Positions 1 to 8,048 of a stretch of DNA of 36,924 bases are shown here, in pieces. The notes beneath the pieces were generated by a model. It had not been told where the DNA came from and made no database searches. It saw only the letters and a program-made list of their open reading frames with translations. The position numbers were made by a program, and so were the translations under genes. The DNA is taken from the IMG/VR virus record IMGVR_UViG_3300045988_134434. The stretch is one strand, 5' to 3'. The stretch's first letter is position 1. Each line of letters begins with the position of its first letter. The stretch is from a virus.

Positions 1-55
1 TTTATACAAACATTGAAATTTCAATACTTTGAGTTCGGCAAAAGATAGCAAAAAG
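1..55. repeat. Left copy of a 55-bp terminal direct repeat, identical to 36870-36924. Candidate attL core, or the terminal overlap of a circular assembly. Contains the 14-bp perfect palindrome ATTGAAATTTCAAT.
   Basis: Bases 1-55 are identical to the last 55 bases of the window. The internal palindrome at about 12-25 is typical of a tyrosine-recombinase core site. TTATACAAAC inside the repeat recurs inverted (GTTTGTATAA) at 144-153, and GTTTGTA recurs at 127-133, resembling arm-type sites. Confidence 0.6.
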
Positions 56-87
56 GTAGCGATTGGCAATATTTTAAAAACACTTCA

Positions 88-122
88 AACCTCGGTATAC
101 CAATGTATGCCGAGGTTTTTCA
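88..122 (+). terminator. Rho-independent terminator-like hairpin (cctcggtatac / gtatgccgagg) followed by TTTTT.
   Basis: An 11-bp stem with one G-U wobble followed by a T-run, read directly from the sequence. Confidence 0.45.
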
Positions 123-226
123 ATGTTTGTACGGATTTTAAAAGTTTGTATAAGTTTATATAAGATTGCCATATTTTATATGAAATAGTAACACGCTAGA
201 AACGCATTAGTAACAAAAATTTAGAG

Positions 227-254
227 TAAAAAACCTGTTATACGTATAACAGGT
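227..254 (-). terminator. Rho-independent terminator for the minus-strand int / RHH-protein operon.
   Basis: A 22-bp perfect palindrome acctgttatacgtataacaggt at 233-254. On the minus strand it is followed by TTTTTTA, immediately after the stop of ORF 271-681. Confidence 0.6.
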
Positions 255-270
255 CTCCGAAAATGAAACT

Positions 271-681
271 TTATAAATTTACCTTATGACTCTTATTTAT
301 AGTTAATCTCATTTCACTTAATTTATTCACATGTATAATTCTGGTCCCAGTAGTGTCATTTATATATCCATCTTTTAGCCTGACAAAATAGCCATCATTC
401 TTAGAGTAGCTTGCGACTTCTATCATAGGCCTATATTTATTAGGAATTTGCCACTTATCCAAAAGCTCTTTGTCAACTGTTCCATGGCCATTATTAGAGA
501 ATAGGACGGACTCTCCACCTTGCAAATCATTTACTATAAGCGATTTGATATATTCGTTAGCTGATATATTTAAATCGCCACAGAGGGTCATTAAATCGTT
601 TTTTAGGCCCTTAGGCAAAAGTAACCCTAGTCTATCATACTTGTCTTTAATATAACTATTTATATATTGATTCCTACCCAT
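271..681 (-). CDS. Ribbon-helix-helix (CopG/Arc-like) N-terminal domain fused to a roughly 80-aa unknown C-terminal domain. Cargo gene between int and att.
   Basis: The N-terminus DRLGLLLPKGLKNDLMTLCGDLNISANEYIKSLIVNDL fits an RHH beta-strand plus two helices. The RBS (AGGTGA) overlaps the integrase stop, so the gene is translationally coupled to int. Its own terminator lies at 227-254. Confidence 0.5.
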   Translation of the reverse strand: MGRNQYINSYIKDKYDRLGLLLPKGLKNDLMTLCGDLNISANEYIKSLIVNDLQGGESVLFSNNGHGTVDKELLDKWQIPNKYRPMIEVASYSKNDGYFVRLKDGYINDTTGTRIIHVNKLSEMRLTINKSHKVNL

Positions 682-689
682 AAAATCAC

Positions 690-1742
690 CTAAATTCTGT
701 TTATAGCTTCAAGCTTAACATCCATATCAATTTTAGTATAAACAATCTCAGTAACGTCCTTACCACTATGTCCCACGATCTGCTTAATAATTCTATCATC
801 TACACCAGCCTGCGTAAGACTTGATATCGTAGTATATCTAGTACAGTGCGGGGTATGCTTTATATCCAAATGCGACATCAAAGCTTTCCAGTGTGTTCTA
901 TAAAATCTATCATAAGTCATATTTTCACCTTCAGGAGTAGAAATCAAATACTCCCCGTCCCGAGCCATCCAATATTTAAAAAAAGGTAGCACTTTGTCAG
1001 CGATAGGCACTTCCCTGATTCCTGCCATAGTTTTTGACTTAGCTATAAAAAACCATTGTTCATCAAGGTGAACTTCTGACTTTTTAACCTCAAGCAACTC
1101 CCCGATTCTTACACCCGAGTATAACAACATCAAAACCACACTATAGTAAATATCATCATCTTTGGCAGACCAGACCTTATTTATCTGAGCACTAGAAAAC
1201 TTAGTCCTGGTATAAGAATTAGGATTGCCAGGCTTTGATATATCTAGATACCTGATTTTTTCCCTTTTTTCAACAGGAACTATATCATGAATTACTGCAT
1301 AGTCATACATAAGCCCTAGCATGATTTTTATCTTCTTTAGGGTTGGAGTATTCTTCCCCGATTTGTCTACAAGGTTTTGTAGCTGATCAAGGCGAATTTC
1401 AGAAAAAATCATATCTTTTATAGACTCACAACTTTTATATGCAGCCTTATATCCCGTTATATTTGAATCTGATATTTTTTCAAAGTGGATACTAGACCAT
1501 TTGTTATATATCTCTTCAAAAGTAAGGGTCTTTGCCGATATATCATAAGGCGATTCATTATAGTGGGCCAGTGCCATGATGGCTTCTTTTTGTGTTCTAT
1601 AGTATCCTATAAATTTGTAAATAGGATTAGACTTGCCTTTTTCCGCATCAAAATCCCATCCAGTGGTGATACGAACAGCCCAGGGGTTTCTTCTATTTCC
1701 AGATAATTTATACACACTGCCATAGCCATTAGGGTTCCTCAT
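690..1742 (-). CDS. int: Tyrosine-type site-specific integrase (phage integrase family) with an N-terminal AP2-like arm-binding domain.
   Basis: Catalytic motifs are present: R in VRIGELLEV, HCTRYT (HxxR), GHSGKDVTEIVYTKID (catalytic Y). The N-terminus RNPWAVRITTGWD...GYYRTQKEA is typical of the arm-binding domain. The likely true start is ATG 1742 (MRNPNG), with AAGGAG 9 nt upstream; the track start at 1751 is TTG. Confidence 0.9.
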   Translation of the reverse strand: MRNPNGYGSVYKLSGNRRNPWAVRITTGWDFDAEKGKSNPIYKFIGYYRTQKEAIMALAHYNESPYDISAKTLTFEEIYNKWSSIHFEKISDSNITGYKAAYKSCESIKDMIFSEIRLDQLQNLVDKSGKNTPTLKKIKIMLGLMYDYAVIHDIVPVEKREKIRYLDISKPGNPNSYTRTKFSSAQINKVWSAKDDDIYYSVVLMLLYSGVRIGELLEVKKSEVHLDEQWFFIAKSKTMAGIREVPIADKVLPFFKYWMARDGEYLISTPEGENMTYDRFYRTHWKALMSHLDIKHTPHCTRYTTISSLTQAGVDDRIIKQIVGHSGKDVTEIVYTKIDMDVKLEAINRI

Positions 1743-2265
1743 ATATATCAACTCCTTTTTCTAAATCTTCTTTATCTATAATCACTAAATTAGGTAATTT
1801 ATACAGGTCTAAAAGCAATCTTTCATTGAGCTGCCAATATTGGCCCATATGCCTAAGTGAATATAAATAGTCATATAGCATCCTGTCTGTAGCACCCAGG
1901 TAGTCTGTAAGCTCTTCTACACTGGTAGATATTAAGATATATTTCTTTAAATCCTGCTCATCAATAAAATAGTTAGCACCCCATAGGGTGGCCTTTTGTT
2001 CGCTTTTTGATATTGCTAGTTTTGAAGAATAAGTATTTGGGCAGACAAATGTATCTCCAACACTAGTAGCAAAATGCCCGCATTCTTCGGCCAGTATTTC
2101 AGCCTGTTCTTTCGAGTTTCTATTATGAAATTCAGGACTAAGGAGTATTAAATTCTTGTTATTGATATTACAGTAAAGTGCTGCCTTTTTGAACTTGCTG
2201 AGTTCTGGGCAATTATCAATTAAAATTTCTTGTTCTTCTATGTACTTACAAATTTTTTCTATCAT
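1729..2265 (-). CDS. Hypothetical protein, possibly an ImmA/IrrE-like (DUF955) metallopeptidase-related protein. The usual HEXXH motif is replaced by EECGH.
   Basis: It sits between the repressor operon and int, where ImmA-type proteins are commonly found. The sequence reads LAEECGHFATS instead of a canonical HEXXH. It is tightly packed with int: its stop is 10 nt before the int start. Confidence 0.3.
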   Translation of the reverse strand: MIEKICKYIEEQEILIDNCPELSKFKKAALYCNINNKNLILLSPEFHNRNSKEQAEILAEECGHFATSVGDTFVCPNTYSSKLAISKSEQKATLWGANYFIDEQDLKKYILISTSVEELTDYLGATDRMLYDYLYSLRHMGQYWQLNERLLLDLYKLPNLVIIDKEDLEKGVDIYEEP

Positions 2266-2299
2266 CAATACCTCCTTTATAAAAAAACATATGTTCGTT

Positions 2300-2335
2300 A
2301 TATGGGTGTAAAAATAGGCAGAATACTGGCATATC
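2300..2335 (-). terminator. Hairpin plus T-run on the minus strand, downstream of the exonuclease-BRCT gene.
   Basis: Minus strand reads taggcag-(14 nt loop)-ctgccta followed by TTTTTAC. The call is weak to moderate. Confidence 0.35.
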
Positions 2336-2356
2336 CTGCCTATAAACTACTTAAAT

Positions 2357-3373
2357 TTACATTTCCAACATGTCATAAAATACGTTTTCTGATATTATTT
2401 CTATATTTTGACCACTTTCTTTTAATTTCTCTGCTTTAAGCTGTTTTGTGCTTTTACCATCAGGATCTTTAATCAAAGGGCAATAATCATTGTTTCCAAG
2501 AATTAAAAAATTAGTTTTCTTTGTAACACTCTTTCCATTTTCTCCCCCAAAATCTACAACAAGCTGCATAGCTTGCTTTCTATTCATTTTTTCTAGGGTG
2601 CCAGTAAACACACAAACTTGTCCATATAGTGGATGAGTAATATCAAATTCTGTTTTATCTGTAGTAATATCTTTACAGTCTAGAGGTTTCCTTTTATTTA
2701 TTGCCCTCTTGTAAAATTCGTCTGCAGCATTTCCATCATTTCCAATTACATTTTTAATATGTTGATAAACATTATGAGTAATCTTACAATCAGCAATAGC
2801 TCTGTGAGAACCAGCAGAATCTATATTCAACTCTTGTGCTACTGTTTTAAGTTTGTAATCAGGAAGATCTGATAAAAATCTTTTACTAAACCTCATAACA
2901 TCTATTAAATCATTTTTTATAGGAGAAATATTTCTAGTAAGAGCTTCGTCATATAAAAAATTTATGTCAAAATGCACATTATAGCCAAGTATAATAGAAT
3001 CTCCTGCAAATTGCATAAAATCTTTAATCCCATTTATAGGATTTTCAGCATTATCCAACATTTCTGGGGTGATACCAGTAAGTTTTTGTATAAAATCAGA
3101 CAGCATAGATATATCGTCCGGCCTACAAAATCTTTGGAATTCTTCTACTATTACATTATCAACAACTTTAATTGCACCAATTTCCAAAATATCATCAACC
3201 AATGGATCTAATCCAGTAGTTTCTAAATCCAATACAATATAGTCATCAGGAAACATAAAAAGGCTATTTCCTTTCATGGGTCTAACTCTATATCCATTTT
3301 CATCTAAAATAAAAAAATCTTCTTTCCTTAATTCCATTGATTTAGTATCAGATTTAAAGTTAAATAAACTCAT
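2357..3373 (-). CDS. DnaQ-like DEDDh 3'-5' exonuclease fused to a C-terminal BRCT domain.
   Basis: Exo I motif VLDLETTGLDP, Exo II region ILGYNVHFDINFL, and Exo III motif HRAIADC (DEDDh type). The C-terminal region VCVFTGTL...AMQLVVDFGGENGKSVTKKTNFLILG is BRCT-like. The likely true start is ATG 3373 (MSLFNF), with a GGAGGGG RBS that lies inside the last codons of the repressor gene, 13 nt past its stop. Confidence 0.75.
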   Translation of the reverse strand: MSLFNFKSDTKSMELRKEDFFILDENGYRVRPMKGNSLFMFPDDYIVLDLETTGLDPLVDDILEIGAIKVVDNVIVEEFQRFCRPDDISMLSDFIQKLTGITPEMLDNAENPINGIKDFMQFAGDSIILGYNVHFDINFLYDEALTRNISPIKNDLIDVMRFSKRFLSDLPDYKLKTVAQELNIDSAGSHRAIADCKITHNVYQHIKNVIGNDGNAADEFYKRAINKRKPLDCKDITTDKTEFDITHPLYGQVCVFTGTLEKMNRKQAMQLVVDFGGENGKSVTKKTNFLILGNNDYCPLIKDPDGKSTKQLKAEKLKESGQNIEIISENVFYDMLEM

Positions 3374-3386
3374 AACACCCCTCCAT

Positions 3387-3701
3387 TTACTTGCCATATT
3401 TCATCTTTAAAAATTCTTTAAAGTTTTCCAACTCTGCCTTTGCTTCATCACTCATATCTTCATCAGTATGTGCTGCAAAAGTTTCTGGATGATTTCTTAC
3501 ATTTGTGCGACCAAGGAGATAATCAACCGATACTTCAAATAAATCTGACATTGATCTAAGTATATCAAGACTAGGTTCAACTATTCCATTTTCGTATTTT
3601 GAAATATTAGACTTAGTTAAATTTAACCTATTAGCCAGATCAGTTTGAGTCATGTTAAATTCTTTTCTTAGTAATTTTATTCTATTCCCAAGCAAATTCA
3701 T
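3387..3701 (-). CDS. CI-like XRE-family HTH repressor.
   Basis: HTH motif MTQTDLANRLNLTKSNISKYENG. The true start is ATG 3701, with an AAGGAGGG RBS. It is divergent from a cro-like gene across an operator-bearing intergenic region. Confidence 0.85.
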   Translation of the reverse strand: MNLLGNRIKLLRKEFNMTQTDLANRLNLTKSNISKYENGIVEPSLDILRSMSDLFEVSVDYLLGRTNVRNHPETFAAHTDEDMSDEAKAELENFKEFLKMKYGK

Positions 3702-3779
3702 AGTATCCCTCCTTGCTTTGTATACTATAATTCTACAGTGTTTCACCACAAGAAACAAGCCTATAGAAAAAAGTTTCAT

Positions 3780-3876
3780 AAATTTCCATTTTTCTATTGA
3801 CAGTTTATTTTAAATCAATTATCATATATGTATAAAGTTGATTTAAAATAAACTAAAGAAAGGAGATAAAAGTGAT
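3780..3876. promoter_or_regulatory. Divergent early promoter / operator region between the cI-like and cro-like genes.
   Basis: TTGACA at 3798-3803, then 17 nt, then TATCAT, giving a rightward promoter. A perfect 16-bp inverted repeat gtttattttaaatcaa (3804-3819) / ttgatttaaaataaac (3837-3852) flanks the -10 element. Confidence 0.65.
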
Positions 3877-4074
3877 ATGAATATATTGAAAAATGAAAGA
3901 ATTAAGCATGGGTTAACCCTTGAAGACATTGCAAAAAAGCTGAACACAACAAAGTCTAACTACTATAAAAAAGAAGTTGGAGTCGTAAAAATATCAGTCA
4001 ATGAAGCTATAATTCTATCAAGGATATATAATAAAAGCGTTGAAGATCTTTTTTGTACCCAAAAAGTTGATTAA
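3877..4074 (+). CDS. Cro-like XRE-family HTH regulator.
   Basis: HTH motif LTLEDIAKKLNTTKSNYYKKEVG. It is small and divergent from the repressor gene. Confidence 0.75.
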   Translation: MNILKNERIKHGLTLEDIAKKLNTTKSNYYKKEVGVVKISVNEAIILSRIYNKSVEDLFCTQKVD

Positions 4075-4156
4075 TAATATACTAAAAATTATAGCATTGC
4101 TAAATATTAAAATGAAGTGCAGAAAATGCACTAATAGAAAAATAGGAGGTATTCTT

Positions 4157-4519
4157 TTGAGAACTTTACATTGTGGCGATTGGGCGAATAAAAGAATGAC
4201 AGAGAGACATAAACAATTTACAACTCTGTTGCCCTTAAATTCAGTGGACTTGGTAGGGATGTACAGAGATTACAACACATTTTATGCACACTTATTGTCT
4301 ACTGAAAGATTATGCGATTTAGAAGATCTACTTACCTTAAGGGAGGCTGAAGACTGGCACGAAGATGATGGACCTTGCATCTGGTGGAGTAAGGAACAGG
4401 TAGAAGACGGACTGCCGTTTGAAGAACCATTTTACATTGGGTCACCACTATCTACAGATTTCCCGACAGATGCGTACTACTTTATTGGGATAATGGTATT
4501 CCCTAACAAGAGTAAGTAA
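4157..4519 (+). CDS. Hypothetical protein.
   Basis: An AGGAGG RBS lies 7 nt upstream of TTG 4157. The longer track ORF begins at 4040 and has no RBS. No motif was recognised. Confidence 0.4.
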   Translation: MRTLHCGDWANKRMTERHKQFTTLLPLNSVDLVGMYRDYNTFYAHLLSTERLCDLEDLLTLREAEDWHEDDGPCIWWSKEQVEDGLPFEEPFYIGSPLSTDFPTDAYYFIGIMVFPNKSK

Positions 4520-4572
4520 AGCATTATAAGTCTTAACTATATTGTCATGTCAGTAAAAACAAGGAGTAAAAA

Positions 4573-5010
4573 ATGGAAAATATTTATAAAAAATACAGAA
4601 AAATAGCAGGCCTAACTCAAGAAAAGGCTGCAGAACACTTAAATATCAGTATCGATACCATCAAGAGATATGAAAATGGTACATATATACCACCAAATGA
4701 CATAGCAAGAAGGATGTGCCTGTTATATGGGGATATGAAGCTTGCGTATGAGCATTTGGAAAATAGCCAGGTAGGTGCAATGGTCCTTCCACCATTAAAA
4801 GATAAGGACTTATGCTGCTCAACATTGGGATTTTTAAACAGCTTACAAAACCTAGATAAGAAGAAGGCTGAACTTATTAGCATAGCATCAGATGGCATAA
4901 TTTCAGACTATGAATTGAAATCATGGGAAGAAGCAGAAAAGTTAATAGGTAACATGATTAAAAGTTCATTTGAATTATTGTATAGGAGGGAAAATAATGA
5001 CAAAGATTAA
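4573..5010 (+). CDS. XRE-family HTH DNA-binding protein (second early regulator).
   Basis: HTH motif LTQEKAAEHLNISIDTIKRYENG. An AGGAG RBS lies upstream. Confidence 0.7.
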   Translation: MENIYKKYRKIAGLTQEKAAEHLNISIDTIKRYENGTYIPPNDIARRMCLLYGDMKLAYEHLENSQVGAMVLPPLKDKDLCCSTLGFLNSLQNLDKKKAELISIASDGIISDYELKSWEEAEKLIGNMIKSSFELLYRRENNDKD

Positions 5011-5206
5011 AGTATCAGAAGCTGCTAAAATGCTTGGAGTTACAGACCAATTTGTTAGGGTTGGACTTCAGCGTGGGGCCTTTGAATTTGGGACAGCCTT
5101 CAAGAAAAATGACAGGAGTAGGACATATAGTTATGTTATTTATCCTGAAAAACTCAAAAAAGCTGTTGGTGAAGATAGATATAAGGAGGTTATGGGGGAA
5201 TGCTAA
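4997..5206 (+). CDS. Small excisionase/MerR-like HTH DNA-binding protein.
   Basis: The motif KVSEAAKMLGVTDQFVR is typical of Xis/AlpA-like small DNA-binding proteins. The RBS AGGAGGG lies upstream of ATG 4997. Confidence 0.45.
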   Translation: MTKIKVSEAAKMLGVTDQFVRVGLQRGAFEFGTAFKKNDRSRTYSYVIYPEKLKKAVGEDRYKEVMGEC

Positions 5207-5319
5207 TAAAAGAAATTGATAATTTTATAATGGCTGTAGGATATGCCATTTTGATAGGTGTTGAGTATGTAAAAATAGCTTGGATTAAATGGCAGAATAT
5301 ATAAAACAAGGAGGTAGTT

Positions 5320-5574
5320 GTGAGAGTTTACAGTAGAAAGGTGAGGGATTATGTCCCTACTGCAAAAAAGATAAAAGTCCATAAGGGGTCTTTCAGAGGT
5401 CAATTGTCATACGACTTACTGAGTGTTATGGATCTAGTACACTATATTAACTGGATGAACAATCCGACTAATGAATTTAACTGCGAATCCTGTAGGGAAA
5501 ATATAGGGTCAAAAAGAAGATTCCCTTGCGGTCATCAAAACTGCTGGGTTTCGTGTTCTATAGGAAAGATCTAG
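5320..5574 (+). CDS. Hypothetical Cys-rich small protein.
   Basis: GTG start with an AAGGAGG RBS. C-terminal cysteines: CESCRENIGSKRRFPCGHQNCW. Confidence 0.4.
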   Translation: MRVYSRKVRDYVPTAKKIKVHKGSFRGQLSYDLLSVMDLVHYINWMNNPTNEFNCESCRENIGSKRRFPCGHQNCWVSCSIGKI

Positions 5575-5592
5575 TAAAAGGAAGGTGATTAT

Positions 5593-5856
5593 ATGTTAAT
5601 TAAGCAAGAGATTCAGGCAATTCAGAATCCTGACTATAAGTTTACTGTCGAGCATACACCTGCAGAATGGTTGGTTATTTGTTATAAAAAAGATGAAATG
5701 ACAGGCTTTTTCAAATGTATAGGAAAAGTAATGAATATATCAAGAAATTCAACAGGCTTTAAATCTTTAAAGAAATTTAAAGGTATTAGTAAAGAAGTGA
5801 AAATCAAATTACTGCAAATAGCATGTAATTATATGGATGAAGGAGTGTCAGCATGA
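5593..5856 (+). CDS. Hypothetical protein.
   Basis: ORF with an AGGAAGGTG RBS. No motif was recognised. Confidence 0.4.
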   Translation: MLIKQEIQAIQNPDYKFTVEHTPAEWLVICYKKDEMTGFFKCIGKVMNISRNSTGFKSLKKFKGISKEVKIKLLQIACNYMDEGVSA

Positions 5857-5974
5857 TTTTTGCATACAAAATCAAAAAAATAGGACCCGCAAAAGTCACG
5901 CGAATCCAAAAAAAAAATAATTGTTGTAAATATTGTAATACAAAATTCAAAGATAGTCAAGGGGAGGTGATTTC

Positions 5975-6724
5975 ATGGCTGGATGGATAAAGGTTCATAG
6001 AAAAATTTTAAATTCTGAATTTTATAGAGGACTTACAGGCAGACAAAGAGATGTGATAATCACCTTATTACTCATGGTGAATCATGAGCCCAGGGAATGG
6101 ATTTATAAAGGAGTGAAATATAAAACTGAGCCAGGGCAATGTGTTACATCACTTCAAAAAATTGCAGATTGTTGTGGAAAAGACTGTACTCGTGAAGTTG
6201 TGCGTGCAACCATAAAACACGCAGAAAACGCACATTTCCTAACACACACAACACACACAACACACACAGTTATAAGTATTGAAAATTGGGAGAAGTATCA
6301 AAATACTAACACAGAAAACGCACAAAGCACACGCAACATAAACACAGAAAACACCTGTGTTTTAAACACTAACAAGAATATAAGAAATAAAGAATACAAG
6401 AAGTATAGTCCTGACTCTGAAGAGTTCAGGCTCTCTAATCTTCTTTATGGGCTCATAAAAAAGAACAATCCTAAATTTAAAGAGCCCAACTTGGATAACT
6501 GGTGTGGATATGTGGATAAAATGCTTAGAATTGATAAAAGGTCCGTTGATGACATTGAAGCTGTTATTAGGTGGTGCCAACAAGATGATTTTTGGCACAA
6601 GAATATACTTTCAACTGACAAGCTGAGGAAACAATTCGATAAGCTTTACATGAACATACCAAAAGATAAGAATGTTATTCCATTTAAGAAAGATGGTGAC
6701 AAAGATGACTGGGGATATATGTAA
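5975..6724 (+). CDS. Phage replisome organizer / replication initiator (DnaD-like N-terminal domain), with internal iterons.
   Basis: The N-terminus WIKVHRKILNSEFYRGL...GQCVTSLQKIADCCG resembles the phage replisome-organiser N-terminal domain. It lies directly upstream of the helicase. A GGGGAGGTG RBS is present. Confidence 0.6.
   Translation: MAGWIKVHRKILNSEFYRGLTGRQRDVIITLLLMVNHEPREWIYKGVKYKTEPGQCVTSLQKIADCCGKDCTREVVRATIKHAENAHFLTHTTHTTHTVISIENWEKYQNTNTENAQSTRNINTENTCVLNTNKNIRNKEYKKYSPDSEEFRLSNLLYGLIKKNNPKFKEPNLDNWCGYVDKMLRIDKRSVDDIEAVIRWCQQDDFWHKNILSTDKLRKQFDKLYMNIPKDKNVIPFKKDGDKDDWGYM
6218..6357. repeat. Iteron-like repeats (ACAGAAAACGCACA, three or more copies) plus an (AC)n tract inside the replication gene. 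Candidate ori.
   Basis: cacgcagaaaacgcaca at 6218-6234, acagaaaacgcaca at 6311-6324, acagaaaacacc at 6344-6355. An AC-rich tract at 6241-6269 encodes the HTTHTTHT run. Confidence 0.55.
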
Positions 6725-8048
6725 TATTAATGCAGAAATGGCATTTTTAGGGTCGATAATCACTGATGGTAAATTAATAGTAAAGGCTATAGAAGATGGC
6801 ATAAAGCCTGGAGACTTAACTGGCAAGGGTTTTGACATAATATATCAGTGCATGTTATCAATCCATAACTCTAAGAAGCCAATAGAAATGGTTAGTCTGG
6901 TTGCTGAATTAAAAGCTATGGGAATACAGGCCCCAGTAAGTCTTTTGACAGATATGGCATCTATGGGAATAACACCTAATTTTAAGTATTATATGAATGA
7001 AATAAAAGATAATTCATACAAAAGAAAAGTTAAAGACCAGGTATTTGATTTAGTTAACAGTCTTGAAAGTAAGTCACCTTCAGAGATTAAAAGCTATATA
7101 GAAGATTTAGCTAACAAGCTTGATTATGGGAGTGTCGAGCAATTGTTTGTTGACGCAAGTGAAATCAAAAGGACAGATTTAAATTCAGGTCTTGAAACTG
7201 GGTTTAAAGACCTGGATGCCCTTTTAGGGGGGCTTGTATACGGAAGTTTAACGGTCTTAACTGGGGAACCAAGTTCAGGAAAATCAACATTGCTTAATCA
7301 GATTGTGGCCCAAAATATAATGAATGGGCATAGATGCATGTTGTATTCAGGAGAATTGACAGACTTCAATGTATTACAGTGGTTTATGAGAGCGGTGGCT
7401 AATCCAAGCGATCTTCAAGAATTTAAGGGAAAGGTTGGCTCTTACTATGATGTAACATCTCATGGAGAGTATTCTATAAGGCAGTGGATTAAGAATAAAC
7501 TGTTTATTTATTCAGAAGATTCCAGTTCAAGTGTTGATAACATATCGGTCAGTATTGAATATTTAGCCAGAACGAAGGATGTTAAGCTATTTGTCCTAGA
7601 TAATATGATGACGGTTGACAATTCAGGCCTTGAAGAGCTAGATAAGCAGAAAAGACTGGCCAAGAAACTTAAGTCTCTGGCCAGAAAATATAGGATATGC
7701 ATTATCTTGGTTGCACATCCTAAGAAAAAGGGTGACAAGGATAAATATCACATGCATGATGTGTCAGGAGCCAGTGAAGTTATTAACCTGGCAGACTATG
7801 AGTTGATATTAACTAGGAGTATTAAGGTTGATAGCAAGACTAATGATGTGTCTGATATTACCAAAATTGGAATTCTTAAGAATAGAACAACAGGTAAACA
7901 GGGAATTAGTCGAAGATTAAACTTTGATGATCTGCGAAAAAGATTCTGGATAGATGATAGGGATAAAATAAAAGATTATGGCTATGACAAAGTTGACCAG
8001 GTTAGCTTTGTAGAGCTGGATGATGTGGCCAATGATGTGCCATTTTAG
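6672..8048 (+). CDS. DnaB-family replicative helicase.
   Basis: DnaB-N-like N-terminus AEMAFLGSIITDGK...FDIIYQCM. Walker A GEPSSGKST and Walker B FVLDNMM. An alternative start exists at ATG 6705. The C-terminus ends ...DDVANDVPF. Confidence 0.8.
   Translation: MLFHLRKMVTKMTGDICNINAEMAFLGSIITDGKLIVKAIEDGIKPGDLTGKGFDIIYQCMLSIHNSKKPIEMVSLVAELKAMGIQAPVSLLTDMASMGITPNFKYYMNEIKDNSYKRKVKDQVFDLVNSLESKSPSEIKSYIEDLANKLDYGSVEQLFVDASEIKRTDLNSGLETGFKDLDALLGGLVYGSLTVLTGEPSSGKSTLLNQIVAQNIMNGHRCMLYSGELTDFNVLQWFMRAVANPSDLQEFKGKVGSYYDVTSHGEYSIRQWIKNKLFIYSEDSSSSVDNISVSIEYLARTKDVKLFVLDNMMTVDNSGLEELDKQKRLAKKLKSLARKYRICIILVAHPKKKGDKDKYHMHDVSGASEVINLADYELILTRSIKVDSKTNDVSDITKIGILKNRTTGKQGISRRLNFDDLRKRFWIDDRDKIKDYGYDKVDQVSFVELDDVANDVPF

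Noticed and set aside
470-655. 61-aa plus-strand ORF inside the RHH-protein gene.
   Set aside because: It lies entirely antisense within a better-supported minus-strand gene. It has no RBS and a low-complexity sequence.
6241-6269. His-Thr repeat (HTTHTTHT) in the replication protein as a possible metal-binding motif.
   Set aside because: It is more simply the translation of the (AC)n / iteron DNA at the internal origin, so it is treated as a DNA-level feature.
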